From Amoebophrya sp. A120 (taxonomy: Eukaryota > Protista > Dinoflagellata): a stretch of DNA of 64,000 bases. The notes beneath the pieces are model-generated. The model did no database searches. It saw only the letters and a list, made by a program, of their open reading frames with translations, and was not told the origin of the DNA. The position numbers and the translations under genes were made by a program. Each line of letters starts with the position of its first letter. Within the stretch, counting starts at the first letter, position 1. The DNA lies in the NCBI GenBank assembly GCA_905178155.1, contig CAJINV010000009.1, forward strand, positions 2,457,373-2,521,372. Reading direction: 5' to 3'. Shown here in pieces: positions 27,077 to 39,165 of the stretch.

Positions 27077-28538
27077 CCCGAGCGACATTTACGACCTCAT
27101 CGGCGCATGAGCTGTCTCCTCATGCCCGACAAAATCTCCTTCTGCATACTATAATGCCGCAAGAACAGAAGCTGTTTGTAGTGCCGTGTGGGTTCTTTTA
27201 TTTCAGGGGGGTAGTTTCTTGTACGAGATATGAATTGAGAAAGCTACTCGACTTCCTGGTCGTGTCGTGGGCCCACTCGCAGTGATAGAAAAAAAGCTTC
27301 TGCCAACACACGAGAAGACAACACACAACGACCTCCAGGGAAGTAGAGTGAGATGAGTTGTACAACAGCGGGCTTTTACTAGTAAAAGTTGTATTTTGCT
27401 GATCTACAACTAGAGAAGCTTCTTGCGGGCGGTTTCCAGAAACAAAGGAAGCGCAAAAACCTATGTATGATCAGCATCAGGCGGTGGTCTTAATGTCAAT
27501 ATACATGCTTTAGCTTTTCGAGAATCAATTTGGAAAAAGACCCTCGACGTTGCTTTCTAGCGAAATAGTATTGGATTGGACCACTCAACTCAATATACGG
27601 GAAATTCAAATTTCGAAGATTCAAGTTTTAATAATAAAAATGGGATTCGACGGAGGTCTCGGTACTACTATGTGGGAATGTTATATGTTATGTGAGAAAT
27701 CAAATCGAAATATGATGATCACGAGTGTTAAAAGCCTACAAAAAAACCAGTAACGAAGGACAGATTTTTCCGAAAGAATTCAACATGTATTCCACCTGTG
27801 ACGATCGTCAAGAATATAATATTTTAGTCCTTCCAAAAGAAAAAAAAACTGCCGGTGGACATGATCTGCTACACCATAATATTTTTACCTTGCAGTTGCA
27901 CAATGGATCCATCGGGATCATGGGAGTTATCTAAAACTTCAAATTGATTCATCTAAATGCTTTTTATCAATTTGATCATGATGATTTTCGACCTAGCAAA
28001 AAGCTTGCTTCCCCCGACAACACACCGGGCGGATCGAAAAGCACAATCTAGATTTTGGTCTCTAACTGAGTTGTGCGATGATGATGCTGATATTAAGATG
28101 CAGAAATACATAAACTCAGCAAGAGAGCTTCCAATTCCATGCGCGTCATGTTTATATTTTCCATCATCCGTTGCGATCAGACCAAGCGAATTCGTGATTA
28201 ACTTACGGAAAAACGAGCTGCAAATCAAGATCGCCGCTGTGCGTCGATTTCGACAGCGAGACATCCTGTCTGCAACTAGAATTTGGATCATTCACTTTCC
28301 TTTCATTCACACAAGAGCGGGTGATCGTGATGCTCTTCTGTGTGAGAACCGGGGGTCCTATTGTACTTCTCCGTACAACAGCCAGCAGTGAGGCCTGATA
28401 CATACTCCTACCAGCAACAGTTCCCCATGCGGGACGAGGCCTGTAACTGCAAGCGAGCTTCGCAAGATGCAGCAACATCTCCCTTATTCATCACCTACTC
28501 TGGCTGTTATTAGTATCAGTACCAGTACCACTTTGATG

Positions 28539-30448
28539 TTACATTATTCCCCCATCAGGGTCCCAATACAGACTAGACCCGCTGGAAGACGGGCGCTCGT
28601 CTGGGGGGCGGAGATTCTCCTCGAAAACTTCTTCTACACCCAAATGTTGCACTGATTCGACACCAGGAACTGCAGGTGGCCGTCGAATATTAAGTTGTTT
28701 CTGCTTTCTCGCCCCCCTTATTCGACGACGCCGAGTATACACATACACGGTGCCACTGTCCTCTTTCTGATCCCTTGCTCCCCGCCCCTCCACCTGCTCG
28801 TCCTCCTCATCCGCGAGGGGCTCCGCTTTGTGTCCAATCCAGTGCCTCTGGACGTCGACGAGGCCCAGGTCCGCGCCGGACACTTCCAACGGCCACCACC
28901 AAGCTATGATCAGTTCCAATTTTGAATTTTCATCCAGCAGTATGCACGAAAAAAACTGTGTGAGTGGAACTCTGTGATGCAGAAAGTGCACAATTATATA
29001 CACTTGTCATGCTGGTTCTTCGTCAAAGGCTACTTTCGTACGTGTTTCCACGTCCTAGCTGCGCATGACAGGTTTTCCCTGTAATGCAAAACGAATTTGT
29101 GATGCTGTTCTTCCTACAAAGTTACACTTACACAGTTTTTTTCCTGCATAAGCAGCATCGGGATGAGCTTATTTGAAAGCATGTTGTGAAACTCGGGCAA
29201 CAGGTAGAGAAAAACAATCGTGGCGTTTTGCTTCAGGAAGCGGCGCAGCTTGGTGCGACAATAAATCGTGGTGGATTTTTCCGTCCTCGTTGCACTTGTT
29301 CTGTTGTCCTCGTCCACCGCGTCGGCATCAACATGATTGATGTCCGCCCGCAGTTCGCTCGCGAGGGTGGGGGAGGCGTAGATGCAGTTCCAGTTCTTGT
29401 GTCCCTCATGTTGTTTTTCTACTTCCACCTCTGTTCCGGTCGTCGTGTAATCTTCAGGGCTTTCTTCAGGTGGAGCCACCATTGTCGTGTCTTCCTCAAA
29501 AAGAAGAAAAAAGTCCGAGCACAGGAACTCCGGACCTCTGTGGTACTGCTTGTTTTTCATCTTCGCCAGTGCTGACCTCTGGCAGCAGTCCTGTTTCTGT
29601 GGTCCGGGCTCCCGAAGTGCCGCGTCGCTGGGGCCTACTCGTCCACTAGCGGTTGAACAGGGTATCGTATGCAAAAGTACGGAGAATCTATCACACCCAC
29701 GGCCGACCCAAATTTACTGTGATACATAGTTGACCACGTTATTGCGGAAAGATGATGATGGTGAACCCAACACCTCTAGTACGATGCGCTGCAACATTTA
29801 GTAGATTTACGTCCTTTTATTCGGCAAATGCGTCTAATCTTTGCATTGACACAACAAACCGGTGGTGGCGATGGTTTCTATGATCTTGCAGGTTCTACTT
29901 ACCAGGATACGATGACATTGAGCATGCTCAACCTCCCGATTTTCCTCTACATCATCTTCTTCGAGATCTTTTCTAGTGTCCCGCTCGTCTTCGATCGTGT
30001 CGCGCAGTGTGCCTGCTTTTTCCTCGAAAACCAGACCGCAGTTTTTTTCCAGCACTTTCCTATCGTACTCCACGCCGATCGCGCGAAAGGAGGAAGACGA
30101 ACTTGGATGTTTGCCGCGGCCAAATCGGTTCCACATTTCCCGCACGACTCTGCCATCCCCAGATCCGAGGTCGACGAAACAGTGCTCGTACTCTTTGGGG
30201 TGTAGTTCTTCATCTGGTACAGCATTCTTGCTTGTCCTGCTGAGACCTTCACCGTGTCTAAGTGTATCCTGTCCCAGGTTCTGCACCAAATCGGGAAGTA
30301 GACGGACAATCATTTGAATGCTGTGGTTGTCCGTGGGATAGTAGGGTCCGGCGCAATTTTTCTTTTCTTGACACGTCGCAATAGTACCTCCGTCATTTTG
30401 GCTGCAGTGTTCTTGGTGTGCGACGAGCGCCGCCGCTTCGGCAGCCAT
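28539..30448 (-). CDS. Class I SAM-dependent methyltransferase, FAM173/ATPSCKMT-like, 3 exons, 480 aa as modelled
   Basis: PYYPT, FVDLGSGDGRVV, AIGVEYD, ATIVFLYLLPE, WWPL. Exons 30448-29910, 29657-29151, 28935-28539 total 1443 nt. Confidence 0.8.
28941..29150. mobile_element. TIR introner, family A
   Basis: DR agcag/agcag; join gives IPMLLDENSK. Confidence 0.93.
29663..29909. mobile_element. Old TIR introner
   Basis: tatc...gata ends; flanks caggg/cgatg (diverged); the only in-frame join I found (QCHRSTASG). Confidence 0.6.
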
Positions 30449-31130
30449 TTCTCTTTCTCGCCGGATTCTTCACCTGGAGTGCTGGAACGTTGTTGAGTCT
30501 GACACTCTTCTACACGAACAGACGTCAAGCGAATGTGGCATTCACATTTCACAAATCAAGAACCACAGGAGCCAGATCGGAAGAGATGAGTATGTTGATC
30601 CTCCTCAACTTAAAAAATCGCCACGTCAAACGGACCGGATCATTTTCTTTTTGGTGCATTCTTTCTAGAGCGTTGTTGTATTTCGACGGCATGTAATACG
30701 TTTGCGAAGTAGATATTTGTTTGGCGGTTCGTATCTAACGGATCCATCCTGTGCTTGTCAAGAACATTACGATACAATGACCGTGCTCCTGCCAGATGAA
30801 CGTAAAACAGCAGCCGCGTCTGGAGTTGCAGTAAAGACAGCTGCTCCGCCTGTTCCCTGCAACATTTTTCCATCTAAGACAGAAAATTACTCGACAGCAC
30901 GTCAAAACAAATTTTGAATTGTCATTATGTGTGGGCGCCGTCAATAGCTCCTACTTCCAAGAAATGATATTTCGTTTTCGAAAGTTGCCACGAGCACTTA
31001 CAACAAACTCGCACAAACAGTAAAATACAATAAATTTCAGTTCAACATCAAGGCAATTTTTGAGCATTCTTGGCACGACTGGTGCTGGCGGAATAGATTT
31101 TGACTTCATGTTCAACAAGAAGTCTTCTCA

Positions 31131-33338
31131 TCACATACACACACAATTCCCTCCTCTTTGCTTGGTCAAGTCGTAGCCACAGGCAATACAATATCCACAG
31201 AAAAAAACCCATCCACATCCAATTTGTCATGCAAAGCACGTATCAAGTCATGTGTTTGTCATGCAAAAACTGGATGTGGATGGGTTTTTTTCTGTGGATA
31301 TACAAATTTCCGTTCCGGGCGGGTTCGTGAGGGTGCATTGCGGACAGTTGATCGGCTCATTACTGGGGACTTGCTTCTCCTTCGACTTATTTCTCCTCAT
31401 CACACTAGACAAAGGGTTCCCATTGGCGCGATAGGACCGCTCTTTCGTGATCATCTCTTGAGCAGGTGGTAAATAACCATGTGCTGCGCTAATATTCTGC
31501 GACTGCTGGTGGTTCGGGGCTGCTGTCGTTGTGTTTTCGAAAACCATCCTACCGCCGACCGCATCAAACTGCGCAGCTCCTGCTGTTGTTGTACTACTAC
31601 CTGTGCTACCGCCAGCCGCGGTTCTTTGTGGCGGAGCGAAGCTGTCGAAAGAAGCGTATGATCCCGCCCCGGAGGACGAGAACAACGATGATCCTGTTGT
31701 CGCTTGCTGTATCGGCACGCTCGGTGCCGGGCGGGACGTACTAGTAGTGGGCGCTCCTCCATCCGACGAAGCTCTCGCTCGTCGCCCACTCCCAGCACCC
31801 GCGTGCTTCTTGAAAAACCCAACTCGCGCGCTCCGAAGCTGCTCGGCTTTGTCCTTCTGCCTCTGCTTGCAATCGTGATCGTCCTCAAATCTATGTGCCG
31901 TGCAGACCGCGGCGCCGCAAGTTGGACAGATGAACCGATTTACCGCGTCGAGTTTTTTTCTGCAAACTACACACTTATTGTTGCTATTTGTTCCACCACC
32001 ATCCGGAGACTGCGAGCCGCCGCTGTTTCGCCGCGATGAGTTCTTGTTGTCACCACCAGCTGCAGGTCGACACAGCCCGGGCGTGTTGGCGTGGCGCAGC
32101 CAAGTGACGTTTTCGTCTTCGCCCGGGGCTTTCTGAATTGTCAGGTTGCAGATCGGGCAAATGATCACCTGTCGGGAAACGCCGGCGGTGCCCTTGCAGT
32201 TGTGGTCTTCTTCCCTTCTGTGGTCCAGGCAAAAAACGAGTTGGCAGCGGACGCAGGTTATCCTGTGCAAAAGTATTGCACTCGTACTAATTGCATGCAT
32301 GCATTACAAATCTGGTTCCTAAGGCAAATCCGCATTACAAATTTAATTTGTAATGCTGAGCAAATTTGTAATGCAATTACTATATACTATATTCATGCGA
32401 AAAAAGAGGTAGACAGAGGGTAAACGAGAGGTGGCCGAGAGGTCAAAAAGAGGTCAAAAGAGGTAAAAAAGAGGTCGACAGAGGTGGAGAGGTGGCGCGG
32501 GACCCCTTTCGAGAGGGTCGGCGAGAGGGTGCGCGAGTATAGCCCGCCGAAGGCCCCACCTTAAGGCGGCGCCTAAGTGCCTCAGAGGGTGCAGAGAGGT
32601 CAAAAAGAGGGGGCACGAGAGGTCGACAGAGGTGGAGAGAGGTGGCGCGAATAAGGGGCGACCTCTCGCGGACCCTCTTGGCCACCTCTCGGCCACCTCT
32701 GTCGACCTCTACCCGCGAGTATAGCCGGATTATTAGCGGGGACCCCCAAAAGAGGTCAAAAAGAGGGTCTGCGAGAGGTCTGCGAGAGGGTAAAAACACA
32801 AAGTGGCGGGCGCGAATCCGCATGGTAGTCCCCATATTTGGCACTGCAGGCCAGTCGTGGACTTGTTTTGTTCGGCGCCTTTCCGCGCCACCCTCTCGCG
32901 CCACCCTCTCGCGCACCCTCTCGCGCAACCCTCTCGCGCCACCCTCCCGCACCACCCTCCCGCGCCACCCTCTCGCGCTACCCTCTCGCGCCTGGCGGCT
33001 TCTGTTCGCCCCCGGTGTTCTTTGCAGCTGCTCCCTGCGCAGAGCGCCCACAGGCGCGGGAAGCGCGCAAGTGGTCCTGCGGGTTGGCGCGGCGCAAACA
33101 GGCGGAAGGAGCGGGACTCCAGTATGTTTCGTTGTGCATATTAGGCCCGTGGCGTTGTGGTCCGATCGGCAAACAGTCTTGCCCCGGCCCAACAGCCCTG
33201 CGCTCCGGCGGCAGCCGGAGCATGGCTGGTTCATACTAGTACGATACTTTTGCAATGCATACAGGTGAAGGGCAGAAAATCCTGCTGGTTGCAACCCGGG
33301 AAAGCGCAGTGTGCGCCGACGTGGGCGAAATGGGTCAT
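31131..33338 (-). CDS. ZFAND2/AIRAP-like protein: two AN1 zinc fingers, C-terminal RanBP2-type finger and CaaX (CVCM), 361 aa as modelled
   Basis: VGAHCAFPGCNQQDFLPFTCVRCQLVFCLDHR..HNC; second AN1 CVVC..CPTC..CTAHRFEDDHDC. Exons 33338-33262, 32253-31301, 31186-31131 total 1086 nt. Confidence 0.92.
31192..31300. mobile_element. TIR introner, family D
   Basis: DR tacaa/tacaa; TIR tatccacagaaaaaaacccatccacatcca; join restores CPQC...CIACG. Confidence 0.95.
32259..33261. mobile_element. Family C introner (150 bp) carrying a nested 853-bp insertion
   Basis: DR caggt/caggt; the uninterrupted copy is at 62408-62557. Confidence 0.93.
32377..33229 (+). mobile_element. Nested non-coding insertion, Helitron-like 3' end
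   Basis: Absent from the paralogous intron (gcaa|ttcatac). Ends with hairpin gctccgg-cggcag-ccggagc then CTGG|T. Interior has AGAGGT/ACCTCT and accctctcgcg arrays. Confidence 0.75.
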
Positions 33339-34110
33339 GAGTGGTTTTTGTTCTGTCTCGTGAAGGCAAGAAATGTAATGAGGATTGGGAAAAATTTAAT
33401 TTCTACCGTGGATACTAGGAGGTCCTGATCAACATGTAGTATATACTTCAGGGTTAATATTTTATTTCTCATACACATACTTGTCGTTCTCGTTGTCTCC
33501 GCATCATCTTACTTACAAACAGACAAGCCTACTGGGTTGCGCAAGCATCTGCAGTTGCTTGTTGCTTTTGCCTCGCTCCATACGTGTGTACATGATCATC
33601 AGTTCTTTTCTCCGGATGAACCAGGCGGACGATTGAAGACTTTTCTTGATGTCTGTTGATGCACATCCACATTGAGTTTTTCGCTCGCCCCCAACGTTGC
33701 CAGTCAGTGCTTTATTTGCATTTCTGCTCAGCGCTCGCGCTCGCCTCAGTTGATAACGGTTTTTTCTTTTTGACTCGCTGTGTACTCCCCTCAACATGAA
33801 AATCTGCATCGAACACATTGATCCCTTTCGCGATTTCTCCTGAGAGCCACAGACCTTGCGCGAAGCACGCGACTCGTTGAAGATGCGCAACCTCTTTGCT
33901 ACCCATCGTTTCGGTTGCGGTTAGTCATAGTTCGCCTACTTCCTCAGGTCCTTTTCGCATCTGGATCTGGGAAAAAAGCATGCCAAGGCGGCGTAGTGTG
34001 CCGACGCATTGCCCAGAACAACGATGTAACGACTCGCACGAGTGTTGACCTTCTTCATGTCACTTCCACACCCCTCCTATTAAGTGCTTCCTCCCTATTC
34101 CCGTTCCCGG
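33262..34110. repeat. Segmental duplication with ~62558-63565 (AN1 exon 1, upstream intergenic region, 3' end of neighbouring CDS)
   Basis: Long colinear near-identical blocks, e.g. acaaacagacaagcctactgggttgcgcaagcatctgcagttgcttgttg. Confidence 0.95.
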
Positions 34111-34835
34111 CACCACCCCCACATCCCTTCCCTTCAGCGGATTCCCCAGTCGATGCCGGTTCCCCCGAATGATTTTCGCGTTGACGAGCGGTTGCGTGGA
34201 TCTGTACTGGTATCTTGGGTTCGCATTCGCAGATATGCAATACAAATTTCCCGCACATGTACAAAATGCATCACAAACTTCACCAACTTAGAAGAAGCAG
34301 CTTCTAATGCTCAAGAGGCTTCAAGGAAAAGCTTGTCATGCAGAAACTGCATTTGTACGTTGTGTGCGGGAAATTTGCTGTGGATAGCAGACATGCTCAT
34401 GGCATTCACAATGGAGGCGGCAGCCGAGGCGTGTTTCATCCCCTTGCTGTTTATCCAGGAAAAAACACCCATCCCCATCCATTTTTTGCATGACAGATGG
34501 TGGATTTTATGCATGTTTTGCATGACAAATTGGATGGGGATGGGTGTTTTTTCCTGGATACTGTTACTAGCACTAGTGCCGAGGATGTCAAAAAAATCCC
34601 GGCTATAGATGCTGCTTTCGTCGAAACAGGGTTCTTCCCGGGAGGTCATCATCTGCTGATTCGTCATCTGCGGCCGGCTTCTTGTTCGATTCTTGCCGGT
34701 GAGAGTAAAAGCTGCGCTCACAGCGTCAAACATCGAAACACGCATGCTGTTATGTCTTGTGTTCCTTGTCAAGGGCAGTGGCAGAACTCCCTTGAGCTTG
34801 AGATCACGTTTGGGGGAAATTATTGTCAACATCAA
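34060..34835 (-). CDS. Hypothetical coding segment, either separate or the 3' part of the upstream gene; ends GGVWK*
   Basis: Open after removing 34452-34560 and 34234-34386. Confidence 0.55.
34234..34386. mobile_element. TIR introner, family F
   Basis: DR gcaga/gcaga; TIR tat.ca..caaatttcccgcaca; join gives MSMSANANPR. Confidence 0.9.
34452..34560. mobile_element. TIR introner, family D-related, inverted
   Basis: DR ctgtt/ctgtt; TIR tatccaggaaaaaacacccatccccatcca. Confidence 0.93.
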
Positions 34836-35009
34836 TCAAAATCATGCTCATCGGGACCAAAATAATATAATCTTTTGGAAATAAGCAAAATATTCTGAGA
34901 AACAGGGGTACGCAATTTCGGATGTTCTTGGGGGTAGGATCTGTACAGGTGAAGCTTTCTTTGTCCCGCAGAAACTGAACTGCAACATTTCCAAATGCTA
35001 ACAAACTAC

Positions 35010-37628
35010 TTAACTCTTCCAAACACCATCTCTACTAGTCCTAGTGGAACTCGACCTCTGGGAAGTAGACAGAGGAGGAGTGACGGGGACATTGTTCTTT
35101 GGTGGGGATGAACGGGTAGCAGAAGACGACGCTCTGCGACCGCTAAATCGCTCTCTCATCGCACTTACAGAAGATCTCCTCCCGCGGCCGTGGTCTTGCG
35201 CAGGTGAAGATGGGGCGGAAGGACGGGTGGTTCCCTCCACGCTCCCTCTTCGCAAGCGTGTAGTGGACGATGCAGTTTCTACCGCCGAAGAGGACCCACT
35301 TCGGCTGTTCATCCCGGCCGGCGAGCACTGCTGCTCTACTCGGGAAGTACTAGATGACGCACAACACCCCCGCTGCTGCCACGACCTCCCGCTGCTTCTA
35401 CAACTATTCCTTCCGACAAAAGGCGACTGGCTCCGCCCGGAGGATTCGGGCCCTTCGGACAGCGACGTGATATATCGCAAGAAAAAACTGCTTCACTGCG
35501 AACTTGTGATGCAGAAAATGGACCACAGAAATATTTGTCTTGCTACACCTGCAAGACATTGCATTTTCAAGCGTGTTTTCCATTGGGAAGCGTGCATGGC
35601 AAATTTTCTGTGTCATGAGTAAAGAACTTGTGTTGCAGATTGTGCAAAATCACCAAGGTGAAACAGTTTCTTCGTGGGATATGATAGAGCTCGACTTTTT
35701 CAAAACACTTTTCGCTTTCGACACCACTGTGGCCTTTTTCGCTGGAGGAACAAGCGCTGGATTTCTATTCTCCTCTTCTACTTCTCCGGCTCCCTCCACC
35801 CCGTCCTCTACCTCTCGCGGCCGAACCACTTCCCTATACGTCACCCCGGGGGCCGCGAACAGAACCTTTTTCACGGGTGCTGGGGTGGTCCTGGAACTTG
35901 ATCTGTTCATCATAGTCGAAGAGGGAAAACTACGAGTTGCTGTTTGCGCTTGCCCGAAAAGAAAACCGTTTGAAGAAAACAACCTCGGCGGTTCCAGGTC
36001 CGGGTACAGCGAGGTGGAGATTTCCGTGGTTTCTAAAGCAGTGGAGTCGGATTCGGAAAGGTCAAAGTCGACGAAAGGTTGGAATAAAACAGCGGGCTTC
36101 GAAGTACAGTAGATTTTGTGTCTGATGTTCCAGCATGATGAACAGACGATGTCAACATCGTCCCCGCACCTGGTGAAGTAGATCTTCCAGCTGCACTGAT
36201 GTCATATATTCCTGGAGCCAAAGATGCTGGACGAGTTTGTCTTGTCCTCCGGAAAAAGGAACTACGCACTGGCGTTCCTCTAGTAGAAGTGCAATGACCT
36301 CCAGTTCCTTCCGGATAGTACGCAATGTTCACCGGAGTCGGGGGTTTCGAGCGGGGTTGTTCCAGCAAAAACGACCCATCTTCACTCTCAAAAAGATCAT
36401 CAAATTCGTTCGGAATGTCATCGGCGGCGAGCAAACTCATGTTATTCCGCGTTGAGTTGCCATTCCGCTGCTGGTACTGCTGCTGTTGCTGCTGCTGTTG
36501 TTGAAGGCGCCCAGAATGGAAATTTTCGCCCTCCGGGGAACTACGAAGCGGAAACTGTGGGCTCTGCTGCTGAAACACATGATTCCCGATGTGCTTTCGC
36601 GGTTCGTCCAGAGAGGGGTAGAGAGAAGAAGCCGTAGCAGCGAGCTGATAATTATTTCTAGTACTCGCTTTACTCGAAGTCGGACTGGAAAAACCGGAAG
36701 ATCCAGCTATCCCTCCCATAAGCGAACCGAGTTTACTGTTCCCCCCGCCATCAAAGTATTTCCGCTTGCAATCCGCGATTTTCGATTCCACTAATTCGTC
36801 CAGTTCCAACCGGAGCAACGTCGACTTGGAGACGTCCAACGCGAGTTTTCGCTTGCAATACGCGATATCCAAGTCCGTCAAACACGTCAACACCAAATGG
36901 TATCGGAATTCCAATTTTTTCAGCATCTTCTCCAACTTTTTCTTCTCCAACACGGCCTTTTTCGCGTTCTGGTAGTCTTGGACCCGCAGCCGATCCTTCG
37001 CGTCCTGAATAAAACCGGGGATGAAACTTTCCTGGATCAGCATCTGCTGTTCGATATCCTGTGCAAAAGTATCGTACTCGTAGTAATTGCATTTATGCAT
37101 TACTTTCTAAAGGTAAATCAGCATTACAAATATGCAATTTATACTAGTACGATGCTTTTGCATTGCATATTCGAGTAAGAGCCTGGCTTTCTCAGAAAGC
37201 TTGTCCCAATAAAACTGGCCGATCAAATCCACTTTGTTTTCGTTGATCGGGTCCCCGTTGTCGTCGATTTCCTGGTTCGTGGTGGTTACATCTTCGTCAG
37301 CAGCAGTGGTTGTTGCTGCTGGATTGGGGTGTATGTCCGAGGAAAAAGACCCAGATTGCTTATCCCTCGACCTGCTGGAAGATTTCTTGTTTATTCCTCT
37401 CGTCCTCGTCGTGGGGCTACTAGTGCCCTGGTTTTGCCGCTCTTTGCTGTGCTTCCTCTTTACAACCCGGTACGTTTCATGATCGGCGTCGAAGTAGTGA
37501 ATTTTTCCTGCTCTATGGCTCTGTTTACTGACATAGTAGGCGTAGATTCTGTACACCCCGTAGGCGGAAGCGGTGGCGACAAGCAGTTGCAACGCCCCAT
37601 TGGGCTCCTTGGTCGTGGCGGCCGACAT
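35010..37628 (-). CDS. Hypothetical protein: N-terminal signal anchor, coiled coil, Ser/Gln-rich tail; one junction near 36030-36170 unresolved
   Basis: ORFs 37107..37715, 36033..37100, 35650..35982 and 35010..35480; two of the three junctions are explained by introner removal. Confidence 0.7.
35473..35681. mobile_element. TIR introner, family A-related
   Basis: DR tgata/tgata; join gives KKSSSITSLSE. Confidence 0.9.
37055..37169. mobile_element. TIR introner, family C (short)
   Basis: DR ttcga/ttcga; join gives RLLLEQQML. Confidence 0.93.
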
Positions 37629-39165
37629 TTTTTGATGTTTGACTATTAATTTGCTGGTTGCTACTAGGAGTTCAGAATCACGACCAAGGGTTGAAATACG
37701 CTGACGTAAACACAAACAGCAATGATCAAATACTTTACCACGGGAGGATCTGACCCATTGACACTGCCAACAGATCTGAAGATCGTGTCAAACCTACCTG
37801 AAATATACTTTTCAGCTACAGTTACTCATGCAGACCATCGCTGCGCCGTGAATTCACTTCTGGGGTTCACGATTGTGGACGATCACAGCAAACGACGATG
37901 CTGTCAGGACGATACAAGAAGCACGTGGAACGACACAAAGTACAAAGGGAAACCCCCATGACGAGTTTGGACGACACCTATAGCAGCACGACAAGTAAGA
38001 CCAAAGCAAGAAGAACAGAACAAACGATGTGCACGACAATACTGGGATGAGGATGAGCGACTCAACACAACAAGAAAACACTTCTCGGGGTTCTGATCCG
38101 GAAATCGAATCTGGACCTGCTCGGCCGGCGTTTTTTCTTTTCTTTAGTACTACATGTACTTGTTTTATTTGTGTTTCCGCCATGGCGGGCCGTGCTCTTT
38201 TATGTTCGTTGTCCTTCGTGTTGGAATTATACATGAAACCTTTGACCTTTGGTCGTTTACCTTAACACTTCTTTTCAAAACCAAAAACACATATGCTAGT
38301 TGATGTTGTACCAGACTTAAAATCAGTCGTATCTTTCACGTTCTTGTTAGTGTAGTACTCGGCGTGCTGTGAATGTACTTTTACTCGAACCATGCTCTTA
38401 CTGTTGCTGTTACTCAACTTTTACTTTTGCAAAAAGATAAAGACTCTTTATGACTTCACCACCAGGTTGCTCAAACCGTACTTCTCATGTCGTAACGCAA
38501 TTATCTTACAAAACATCTAGTGTGGATTTGTTGATCTTAGCACAAGCCTCGGAATAAACTACTAAAACTCGATATGCGCAAATTCGTGTTTGATGCGGTT
38601 GTGAGTGGGTGTCTAAAAGTTGTTGCGCCGCAATCCATACTATTACTAGCGCTTCTACACTACAAAGATATAAGGTCACTGCAGCCTGTAACAGAAAAAA
38701 CTTCCGGTCTCAGGTCTTTCTGCTCAGCCTCACAAAAGCTGACACAGGACTGGTTCCGGTGCCGGTCTTTTATTTCCGTGCCTCGTAATAAAGTTAAATG
38801 TAGCATACTCGCTCCTTGGAAATTTCAATACACAAGCATGAATCACCTGTAAATGCAATCGTGACAAGTCTTCCAAGTTGCAGATGCCTCTCCCTTCTTC
38901 TTGGTCTTCGTCTTCCGTGGAGAAAGTATAAAAAATTCGACATTATGTGATCTAGGTTATGAAGGATAATGAAGGCGGTACTCTACTAACTTGTCCAAAC
39001 CACTCCAAACAACTCAAGCCGAATGTCCCAATCTAAGGACGAGACCTTGACTACTGTCTAAGTTGGTTCAGCACGGCGCTAGGGGCGAGTATGGAATTAC
39101 TCAACTATCTTCTCAAAAGCGAGGCTCGCCTTCATATTCATCTCGCAATTAGTGATAGGTGGTTT

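Noticed and set aside
29890-29902. Canonical-looking GTAAGT donor in the methyltransferase gene
   Set aside because: I found no nearby in-frame AG acceptor; the TAT...ATA model gives an in-frame join
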